A stretch of 64,000 bases of DNA from Balanoglossus misakiensis (Eukaryota > Animalia > Hemichordata), in contig CM082589.2 in NCBI GenBank assembly GCA_040954595.2, forward strand, positions 124,001 to 188,000. Direction: 5' to 3'. Below, one piece after another: positions 23,075-33,936 of this stretch (positions within the stretch are counted from its first letter, which is position 1; each line of letters opens with the position of its first letter). A program made the translations under genes and the position numbers. A model generated the notes under the pieces. It searched no databases. It was given only the letters and a program-made list of their open reading frames with translations, and was not told the DNA's origin.

Positions 23075-25465
23075 ATGACAAAATTGCCAATTCTGTGCCT
23101 GGTCTTCCTGGCCGGAGCCCTTGCTCAAGAAGGTAAAGTTAAACGTTTTTTTTCTTTCCGAACTTGCAAAAAAGACAAGTCTATATTTTATGTCGTGGAG
23201 ATTTGATACGTAAAAATATATATTTTTGAATTTTGTATTCCTGCGTCCTGTCTCTGTAAAAATGTTTTCTCTGTTATTGTGTTGCCTGTCATAGATCCCT
23301 TGTCCTGCGTCGGTCGTTGCAATTATGCCTACGACGCCACGGATCTCTGCCATTGCAACACTCAGTGCTCGTATTACGCCAACTGCTGTGCTGATTATGA
23401 CGTAGTTTGTGAAGGTAAGTTTGAAATTATTCTCTCTCATTCTGAAGAAAACTCATTTAGATTGGTAAAGTGCAGGGTTTATAGCCTTATTAGTGACACA
23501 AGTATGCAGTTTCTCTTCGAGATATCCGCAAAAATTTCCTTCAAACAGAAACAACAAATGGCAGTTGTTTTGGTGGCCACCTGTTCACAGAGTGACTGCT
23601 CATTTTCCCCTTCCTTAGGTTTACCTGCCTCAGTACTGAACTTACACAGTAGTCTGACTGTATCATAACGTACCCTTCATGACTTTGTTCTTTACAGGCT
23701 ATATCAACTCTTGCGAAAATCGATGTGGCGAGAACTACGACGGCAGAAATCCGTGCCACTGTGATGATTTATGCAAACAGGCCGGAAATTGTTGCACTGA
23801 CTATGAAGCATGGTGTCCAGATGGTAAGAAGATTCCCTTTTCTCTCATCCAACTCTCTCAATTGTCAGATTGTAAAACGGCGTGAAGTTGTTAAAAATAT
23901 TGACTGACACTAAACATGGTATAAAAGCACCATGCACAACTTATCAATTACGTGACATTTTATTGAGTCATGCCGAGTGCCAGTGGTGAGTTTGGAAACG
24001 CGTGATATCTTTTCCGATGAATAGGGCCTACACTTACGATCACTCGCAGACAACAACGTCTGTGACTTTGTTCAACCAATGACTTCGCTTATTCTTTCAG
24101 CACACAAACAGTTATCGGATTTGGCCAACGACTTGTACTATAACGACACAAACGCGGCCACGGAATATGATGTCATATTTAATTATCAAGGTTTCATTCC
24201 CGACTCAAATGTCGTTCAAGATGTCTCGCCTGACAGGTAAGTTGCCTACGCCCTCTAGCGAACACTGACAGAGTACAGGAATTGATGGCAAATATCAGCA
24301 ATATATATTTGCAAATTTTACTGTAATTGTTTACCTTCTTTGCTGTTTAATAGTTTATTTCAGTTTTTCAACGAGAGTCTCTTTAACATTCCCACATACG
24401 GATACTTGAGAGATATTTTGGATAATTACTATCGTCTCACGGGAACAGCGGAAGACGACCTTCCTGCAGAACAGACAGAAGAGAAATTGTTCTTGGACGA
24501 AGTTATGGAGTCTTACGTCATGAAGAGAGCGCACGAATATCTTGTCGGAAAAGGTGAAATATAAATTTATAACATTCTCTCGTATGTAAAATTGGCCAGT
24601 ATTACAGCTAAATTGAGTTTTGGAACAATAACACTGTGACAGTACAACGTTAAAAAAACATGCAAAGTTTGAATATATGCTCTTTGATCTCCGTACATCA
24701 GATGTAATGATAAATTAAGCCAATCGTAGGGCTATATCAAAGTCACATGATACCTAGCCAAACATGTGACTGTAAGAGCTATGGGGGTGTCTTCCAGGAT
24801 TGGCTGATGCTGACTACAATGGCGTCTTCCGACAAGATGTGGAGACCATCTGGTTCCAGATGTACACCCGCTCAAGTGGTCCGCTCGATTCATCTGGATT
24901 CGAACACGTTTTCAGAGGCGAAGTGAAAAACAACGCAGTGTCCGGATTTCATGGTTGGATTAGTTTCTATTTGGAAGAAAAGGCCGGGCTAGCAAATTAC
25001 CATGGTTACACAAGCATTAAGGAGGTTCGCTAGAGCTACTATTGATTGTATTTAATATAAAGCATTTGCGTAAAATGCCCATGTTTGGAAAACACATAAC
25101 ATGTTTCACCGTGTACAGATACATTGGAACTTTGCATTTATACTACACAAATAAGGCAACATCTAGTCCTGTCATGTCTTGAAGATTGTACGCCACACTT
25201 TACAATAATAGGTGTATAATTATATTCCTTTTATTTCCCTTAGCCGGATACCCTTGGTTTGCAGTTTGAATGGGACGGATACATGAAGAAAATCAGCTCC
25301 ATCTTCACCAACCGAAGTCCAGAATTTGAACTGGCCCTCTTTACCGTTTGCTTCAAGCAATATCCAGACAAAATTTGCAACTTCGATATGGCCGGTTTTC
25401 CCGTCCAGATTCAGACATGGGTGCAAGAGAATGTGTATGTTGGCAGTGCTTACGTCTTAGCGTAG
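23075..25465 (+). CDS. ENDOU: EndoU ribonuclease copy C, signal peptide + 2 somatomedin-B domains + EndoU domain
   Basis: Signal exon MTKLPILCLVFLAGALAQE; SMB1 SCVGRCNYAYDATDLCHCNTQCSYYANCCADY; SMB2 [32 protein letters not shown]; catalytic [18 protein letters not shown] and KKISSIFTNRSPEFE; ends VGSAYVLA-TAG; AATAAA at ~25545. Same 7-exon layout as copy B. Confidence 0.93.
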
Positions 25466-25916
25466 ACGCCAGAATGCCGCGACTTCCATCGACAAAACTA
25501 ATGTGACAATGTAAGGGGGAAAATGCAATGATTATCATAAGAAGAATAAATAAGCTAACTATTGTACAAAGATGGCTGAGTGTCTTTTATTTATAGACAA
25601 CCCTAACAACTTGTTTCTAAGCCGAGTCATGCCGGGGGCAGACTTCCATGGTCGTTCCATTAGAGTGACACCACAGTCCCTCTATTACACTGTGTGTGAC
25701 CTGACCCATTTCAAAAGGGCAACTTAGTGACGGGTCAGGGTTCAGGTAACCAGACTGTTGCAACAATCTAGATCTAAACACCCCTGGGTTTTCTACTGTA
25801 TAAGTTGTCGAGGTGACAACAGGGAGACACCGATACGAATCCACTTGTTGGTGACAGTGAACAGAAGAGTCTGGACACACACAAGTCAGTGAGAGTGGAC
25901 TGTTGGATTTAGCATC

Positions 25917-28043
25917 ATGGCAGAGAGTAACAGCGACATGAACATCTCTGGGAAGGTCGCCCTGGTCACGGGTGCAGCTGGTGGTATAGGAAAAGTTTTG
26001 GTGGAAACACTTCTTCAGAAGAAAGCGAAGGTAAATGATGCGAAATCTGGACATGAACATCTGTGTTCGGAATGTTTAGAACATCGACTTTACATTCTGA
26101 TAGGCGCACTCTAACGTAGTCTTAAAAAGCCAGACATATGAGGTAGACAGAACTTAAACAAAATTATCAATAATGTCATGTTGTATGTTACCCTTATCAG
26201 CATTATGCACCCCAAATGCTTTTCTAACTGTACACTGCCCTGAGTACATCGGGAGCACCAGATATCACATCGCTGCATTGAATTGTTACCCTTTGCAATC
26301 TTTCAGGGCATTGGAATTGTTGATATCAACAAAGACAAAAGCCAGGAATTTATACAGAAACTTCAGAAGACATACGGGGATGACAAGGTGCTGTTCATCC
26401 AGTGTGACGTCACAAATAAAGAACAGTTGAGAAGTAGGTACAAGTAACCATGACATCTGGTATACAGTCACCTAATTAAACCAATCACTGATTTTCATTA
26501 CAGTTACCAAAAAAGAGAGCCATTTATGGTCATTGGAAGACTTAGAAACACCATTTTTATCACATAAGGGTATATGTGAATTTGAATTGGATTTTGGTAG
26601 GCTACTTCGTTATATTATTCTGCAATAGGCCTGCCATTATTTTGTCACCTAACTACATTAAAACCGTTCTGTTTGTTTCTCTATAGCTGCCTTTGAGAAA
26701 ACCAAAAACCACTTTGGTCAGCTTGACATTGTGTGCAATAATGCTGGTATCATTAACGAATTTAAATATGAAGAGATGGTTGCAATCAATCTGGTGAGTT
26801 CTGACTCTTTAAGCATGCTTCACAAACGGAAGACAGCAGACACCAAAATGGCGATCAGCGATATTAGATGGTTTAGATAAGCAAACTACACAACATTTCA
26901 GTTTGGTCAGACATGCTTACACAAAACATTTGGCAGTACAGGTGAAAGATCATAAATGCTGCACAAGATAAAAAATACTAGTAATTTGACTTTTATTTTC
27001 AGACCTCTGTCATCACCGGAACTTATCTCGCAGTTGAGTTCATGGGAACACAAAATGGCGGAAATGGGGGCGTTGTCATTAATTCAGCTTCACGTTCAGG
27101 TAATTGTGGATTATGCAAATGTTGAAATATCAACATAATAAATAATTCAGCACCTTTGTTGTGTGCTGTCATCTACAATACTTATGTGTGTTGCACAAAA
27201 AGGAGATGTCCTTTCAATCAATCATTCTTATACAGGTATCATTTCCTGGCCCTGGATTCCGGTTTATGTTGCCACAAAACATGGCGTTGTTGGATTCACA
27301 AGGAGTGTAGCGGTATGTCATAGATTCCCTAATTTTTTCTCCACATTTGTCAAAGCTTTATGAGTTCTGGAATACAACCCACTGACGTCACAAAACTGCG
27401 GTCATGCATCGACAGCAATATTCGTCTAAGGACTTTTATATGAGATACATTTCGTTTGATGATGAAACCATGGGAATAAATACAAAAATGTACACCACAG
27501 CTGAATAACGACAACATTTATCAAATCTTCAACAGAAAGAGCCGATGGTGAAAGACAATGGCGTAAGAGTATCCACACTATGCCCAGAATCGGTAGACAC
27601 CGAATTTATAGCCAGTATTGGGAAAGGTGTTCGATATAAAGATTTTGCGGAGGTCGAAATGAATTCAGGAAAATTAAAGTAAGTAAATCTTTCTTTCGTG
27701 TTCTAAGACCCTGGTAGAAATTTGAGGGCGATGTATATTCTTCTTGTGATATTTTCATTGGATCAATATTGTAACTTCTTTTGTACAAAGCAAATAGCAA
27801 GATGCAGAAAAAGAAATGTAAGTGTTTTATAATATTTAAAAAAAGAAGAAAAGAAATGAAGTTGATATTACCTGACACATTCTCTTGTTCCTTCCAAATT
27901 GACTTGATAATTTCTATTTTTGCAGACCCACACAAGTTGCAGACGCTGCAGTAAAATTAATCGAAAACGGTTGTTACAATGGTTGCGCATGTTTGGTGAC
28001 TCGTGATGTTCCATTCGAGATTGTCCATGAACAAAAGATCTAG
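25917..28043 (+). CDS. HPGD: 15-hydroxyprostaglandin dehydrogenase-like SDR, copy 1
   Basis: Seven exons; GKVALVTGAAGGIG, FIQCDV, FGQLDIVCNNAGI, MGTQNGGNGGVVINSAS, PVYVATKHGVVGFTRS (YxxxK), NGVRVSTLCP; stop TAG 28041-28043. Confidence 0.88.
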
Positions 28044-28503
28044 TTATAAATAATGGTATGCATCATGGGTTTCTTCAAAGAGGCCGTTATGACACATTTT
28101 AAATAAATTCTGATTATATGTATTAGTCTGAGAATGGTATTATTTTGTTACACATAGGCCAACCATTTGAAGGTGACCTTGTATCCACACATGCACGATG
28201 TCGCAAGGTCAAAGGTCAACAATATGGCGACAAAGATCATTAGTGACGGTGATGACGAAAGTTCTTGTGCAAAGCATACTAGAGGCTGGTCAATACACAC
28301 ACAACACGCAGCTTGTCAATGCACCCCGATGATTAGACTGGCTGGGCTGTGTGTCTTATACGGTTATGCTATGGCCTGCCCGATAAACGCAACATATATT
28401 GCTTGTATTAAAATTGCATGCCATATACTGTCCCCCCTGTGCTACTCTCAAGTACAGCCCTCTGACATAATTCCTCATCAAATCGACCTCTAACCCCGAT
28501 TAT

Positions 28504-28812
28504 ATTATACCAGTATATTGATGGTGTAAATCACGCTATTTGATTGGTCGAGACACGACACGTGACCGTGATATATTAGCCATATACCACAGTCATATAT
28601 CATAGTCAAAGAAAATGCCTTTTTAAAATGTTTTATGCAAAGTTTCAATATACTGGCATAATATAATAGCAATAAAACACCCCCAGCCATGGTATACCAC
28701 TCGATTTTGACCAGTTCAACTCCATATACGCACTCGCTATCGCTCGTGCGTATATGTCGTGAACTGGTCAAAATCTTGTGGTATACCATGGCTGGGGGTG
28801 TTTTATTGCTTA
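28504..28812. mobile_element. Non-autonomous double-hairpin element (tentatively Crypton-like) just upstream of HPGD-like copy 2
   Basis: IR pair 1: ATTATACCAGTATATTGA (28504-28521) / TCAATATACTGGCATAAT (28645-28662). IR pair 2: a ~70-bp-arm hairpin AGCAATAAAACACCCCCAGCCATGGTATACCAC..GTGGTATACCATGGCTGGGGGTGTTTTATTGCT (28668-28810). The hairpins are seen directly; the family assignment is from memory and uncertain. Confidence 0.65.
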
Positions 28813-28875
28813 ATTATCCCATGAATATCATCAGCAGCGAAAGAGACCCACCCACTGTGCATTTGTAAAACAGTT

Positions 28876-31223
28876 ATGGCGGAAAATATGAGCAACATGG
28901 ACATCGCTGGCAAGGTTGCCATGGTTACAGGAGGGGCTGATGGTATTGGTAAAGCTATCGTGGAAATACTCTTACAAAAGAAAGCTAAGGCGAGTTTATA
29001 TTTGTCAATGGTTGGGATTTATCAAGGACACACGGACAATTGAGGGTGTACATATACGTGTGACATTACGTGTTATCAAAATCACCCAGTGTATTATGAA
29101 GATGTTTGTTTTTAGATGTCTGATATCGTGTCATGTGAATCCATAGACTTACACCTTCGTTGTCCTATTTAAGACACCTGAAAAGCCAACCAGGCAAGAA
29201 TAACTCGAACTATGACAGATTTCAATAACCTTGAAATGAAATGTATGTGATTATGCAAAGTGACATCTGCTCTGAAGATTGAGAGGTAAACACCATCTGA
29301 TCTCTAAGTGACCTATTTTTAACTGCCGTGTCTGCCTCTTGTCTTTTGCAGGGTGTAGCAATAGTGGACGTCAACGCCGAGAAAGGGCGAGAAGTCAGCG
29401 ACACCTTCGAGAAGACGTATGGAAAACAAACGGCGATTTTCATTCAGTGTGATGTCGCCAATGAAGAGCAACTAAGATGTATGTTTCAAACATCAAAGTC
29501 TGTCTGTCTATTTGGTTGACATATAATGTTTTGGAATTGCAAGACTTGACACCAGAATTGACACAAGAGGCTCAAAAGGGGTTTATGTTCTACTTGGGTG
29601 TATCTGCACATTCTATCCTCTTGTGTAGAAGCTGTGCCTAATCTCGAAACGGTTTACTCGGCCCAGATTTCACATGTATTAGTGTTTTGAAACACGCAAA
29701 CAATGATTTATTATTTTGTTCAATGTGCACATATGTATCGATAGCTTGTGTCTGGCTCTTCGTCTATACAGCTTCGAAAGAAATGGAAATTCGGGAAATA
29801 TTAGATTCACAAAGTCGTTTTGATGAGCGTTCTGTTTTACCGCTGGTTTGATCATTCTTGTAGCTGCCTTCGAAAAGACAAAGGATCACTTTGGTCAACT
29901 TGATATTGTATGTAATAATGCTGGTATCGGCAATGAATTTAAATGCGGAGACATGATCACACTCAATTTGGTAAGTAGCAGTATTCAATCTCGTAATACA
30001 ACATTGTAGTAAGTTGACAATAAACGGACAATAAAACGAATTTGGTTTTCTCGTTATGGACCGAGATCACGTTCTTGCTTTTGAAGTGACCCCAGTTGTA
30101 TTGTTTTATTTCAGACCGCTGTGATCATTGGCACGTACTTGGCAGTGGAATTCATGGGAACAGAAAATGGTGGAAATGGAGGTGTTGTCGTTAACACTAC
30201 ATCCGCCGCTGGTAAGTGGATGTTCAAGTGAAAAGCAGTCCGCTTGGCGGGCGAAGATGGGTGAAAAGTTATATGTGGACGTCCTTTTTCTTTTTGTACA
30301 CATGTATCCTGTAGGAAAACATACCGATTTACTTTCACTGATAATTTATAATTTGTCTAACTCCAGGGTTTGTTTCGGCTCCATTAATGCCGATCTACGC
30401 AGCAACAAAACATGGCGTTGTGGGATTCACCAGGAGCGTTGCGGTATGTCATTTACATTTATGCTCCATCTGGTCAAACGGAGTGCTTCCAATGACCATG
30501 TGGTGGCGCTCTGTTTTAAAGTGCCACCCACTGAAAATCTGTGATTGGCTCTATTTCAATTGCCATGGTATTAGAGGTTAAATATGACCACTACATCTCT
30601 TTGCTCCCTTACCATTACGCACGGCTATGCGGATCCAAGATAACACATAAATAATACAGTTACCGTAACAAACCAACAACTCTAACTCGCATATTCAGAG
30701 GTCACAGAGAATGTGTTCCCACATACGTGGAAGAGGGTTAATGAAAATTACGAGAACAGTAGAGGCGAAATACGAGCAAAAATAGACGACATAGTTTCAC
30801 AAATATTTCTATTGATCTGCAGAAGGAACCCAATGTGATCAAAAATGGCGTGAGAGTCACTACCATCGGTCCCGGCTTTGTGGAAACTGAGATGGCAAAA
30901 CATGTGTCCGGTAGAGTCAGATACACAGAGATGTTGGAAGAATTTCAACGCCGTAGTCCAACATTGCAGTGAGTATAACATAGAATTTTGCACAGATAGT
31001 TAGAGATACTGTAATTTCCTCGCTAAGTGAATTTAAAATCTCCTTTCTAAGAGACGCCAACTTTATATACTTTCATGGACAATCTTTTTTACTGTATTCC
31101 AGACCTGTGGATGTTGCCGAAGCTATCACAAAACTCATCGAAGACACAAGTTATAATGGCTGTGCATGTTTCTTATCTTATGATAAGAAACTGAATGTTA
31201 TTGACGAACCAAATTTATGGTGA
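28876..31223 (+). CDS. HPGD: 15-hydroxyprostaglandin dehydrogenase-like SDR, copy 2 (first intron GC-AG)
   Basis: MAENMSNMDIAGKVAMVTGGADGIG..KKAK|gcgagt; FIQCDV; NNAGI; VVNTTSAAG; PIYAATKHGVVGFTRS; GPGFVET; stop TGA 31221-31223. Confidence 0.87.
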
Positions 31224-31451
31224 ACATGCTTCAACAAATATATTGGTATACACGTGATCATTCAATTATAGTTTATTTCGTTTATCTTGTTTTATGTTTA
31301 CAGACATGTATAATTTATGTACTAAATAATCAAAGTGGTTTCAAACTGACATTTACAAAATTGCCATCATGATAGTATGATAGTTTTAGAGCTATTTCCT
31401 GCAGCTGCCCAATAGAAAATAGTTTGCCCCCAAAGTTCGAAGGTCGAGAAA

Positions 31452-33936
31452 ATGGCAGTTTATGAGAAAAACATGGATATTTCAGACAAGGTTGCTCTTG
31501 TAACTGGTGGCGCTGACGGTATTGGGAAGGCGATCGTGGAAGTACTTCTACAAAAGAAAGCTAAGGTGGGTCCATGGAAATAATTTAACTTTTCAGGTGG
31601 CCTGTGGATTTCTTACAATACAACATTTATCTGAGGTCCACAGAGGTAGTCGGGGCTAGAGGGTTCCCCTAAATAGAGAAAATACCCTTGCTGTGCTCGG
31701 TGGCTTGTTCGACCCATTTCTTTGGTTTCCAAATGTGCCACCAATTGTTTTGAATCGATTTGCTTCAGCCAGCGTGTCTAATCATTCGGTTTATAAAATT
31801 ATTTCCAAAAACAGCCACATTATTGGCCTTGTACTGTTTGACACGGTGGGTCATGATTTGTTTGTTTTATGTCACATGAGATTTTATCGCTTGGCAGAGA
31901 TTAGTGCGGTCAGTCAGACCCTCCAGTTTGATCACAGTCCCTCCACAGTGGAGGGACTGTGATTAGGTTAGCTACAATCTCTGTACGGAAAATGGATAAT
32001 GTCCTCCCATATATAGAGTACAGTCATGCGAGATCTCGCAGGATCTTGGGAGTGCGGAAATGGTCACGGTATTACTGTTCACAGCCAGTAGCTTTCTGCA
32101 TGCAAATTAGGGCATTTTTTAAACATCGATTTCTTCTTTTCAGGGCGTCGCCATTGTTGACATCAATGCCAAGATGGGCCAAGAACTAACAAACACTCTT
32201 CAGAACATGTATGGTGACCAAAGAGTGTGTTTTATTCTCTGTGACGTCACCAAAAAAGATCAATTAAGATGTAAGCCTCAATGTGTTTCGTTCGTTCAAA
32301 GTATACGGTGCTTTGTGGAACCACTTCTTATAATGCACTTTCGAGTTCCGCGATCCCAATTTTGAAACTGCAGTGATGCAAAAATTGAATAACGCCTATC
32401 TTTTTATGTAGCCGCCTTCGATAAAACAAAAACTCACTTTGGCGGACTTGATATTGTATGTAATAATGCTGGTATCCTCAACGAATTTAAATATGAAGAC
32501 ATGATCGCACTCAACCTGGTAAGTTTACGGCTCTTTTGACATCAAATTAAAGTGGTTGATGGTTTTTTTTTATAATTGATGCGGAATTGTTGGGGTTCAC
32601 GTTGCTTTTGATCTATCAACTCCTTGTTTATTTCTTTAGAATTATGAACATTTGTTCTAATTTTATTTTTAGACTGCGGTAGTCAACGGCACTTATTTAG
32701 GAGTAGAATTCATGGGAACCCAAAATGGCGGAAATGGCGGTGTCGTCATCAACACTACGTCAGCCTCAGGTAAATGGATTTGGAAGTAATCTCCATCCAT
32801 GATGGCACCCTTGCGTGACGAACCGTAATACAAATATTTAGCAGTCAGTAAAAGATAATTACATCAATTACTGGGATGCTAAGAAAAATTGCTTGGGAAC
32901 AATGCATGTACAAGTCGTCTCTCTGTTCACTCTTTCGTCACCAGCATGCCTCCTTCAAGACATTATAATACTTTGGAGAAACAAATACGCTTTTCAAGGT
33001 TTCACAATATTGACTTGTCATTACTGTTTGTGGTTCAATTTTCCTTTTCAGGGTTTGGTTCCTTTCAATGGGCACCGGTTTATGTAGCAACTAAACATGG
33101 TGTCGTTGGATTTACCCGGGCAGTTGCGGTATTTGAGATTCCAGACTTTCACGGTTTCCTGCATAATCTTTAAGTTGTCATACTCATTCCAACAGATTCG
33201 CTTCTAAATAAAGACTATGGATTAGTAATTTTGACACAATTTCGGAAATGAGTAGGGAACAATGAGATAGCATTGTTTTACTCAAATGCATGATCAATCA
33301 CTTCTTCACTATAATTTGTGTTCATCTACAGAAGGAACCCAATGTAGTTGAAAATGGCGTGAGAGTATCTGCCATAGCTCCACGTATTGTAAATACGGGG
33401 TTGATTGACAGGGGCCTTGAAGGTATTAGGTACAGAGAAACCGTGGAACAAATATTTCAACGTTGTGAACGATTACAGTGAGTATTAGCACAATGCTCTC
33501 AAAGGTCAGTTATACCACTCCTGTTACTCAAATGGTGAGCGACAGGATTCCAGATTTGAATGTCAACACTGATTCACTCGGTTTTCTGGATTGCATACTT
33601 GATTTTTTTTCTCACTTTAGGTTTAATCCAATTTGGTGCAGAAACAGAACGATCTCAGATAACTATATGCGGGCCATGCTACACCAACCATAATTTCAGT
33701 TGTTTCAAGAATGTAGGCCTTCCTGTCCACCAACTATAATTTGAATTTATTATTGATATGTGGTGTTGGAAGAACGACATACACTTCTAAATTTTATTCT
33801 TTTGTTGATTTTCAGACCTGTCGATGTTGCTGAAGGTGTCGTAAAACTTATTGAAGAGGCACGGTACAACGGATCTGCATGTTATATGACTTATGAAAAG
33901 GAATTAATTGTTGTTGACGAACCAGATATACACTAA
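31452..33936 (+). CDS. HPGD: 15-hydroxyprostaglandin dehydrogenase-like SDR, copy 3
   Basis: MAVYEKNMDISDKVALVTGGADGIG; FILCDV; FGGLDIVCNNAGI; VINTTSASG; PVYVATKHGVVGFTRA; NGVRVSAIAP; stop TAA 33934-33936; intron positions match copies 1 and 2. Confidence 0.88.
31996..32065 (+). repeat. GCGAGATCTCGC repeat family, copy 2 (intron 1 of HPGD-like copy 3)
   Basis: AATGTCCTCCCATAT..TGCGAGATCTCGCAGG..GGAGTGCGGAAATGGTC. Confidence 0.65.

Noticed and set aside
20086-23440. Long antisense ORFs 20086-20613 (+) and 22880-23440 (-)
   Set aside because: Shadows of EndoU-B and EndoU-C exons and introns with no independent coding signal.
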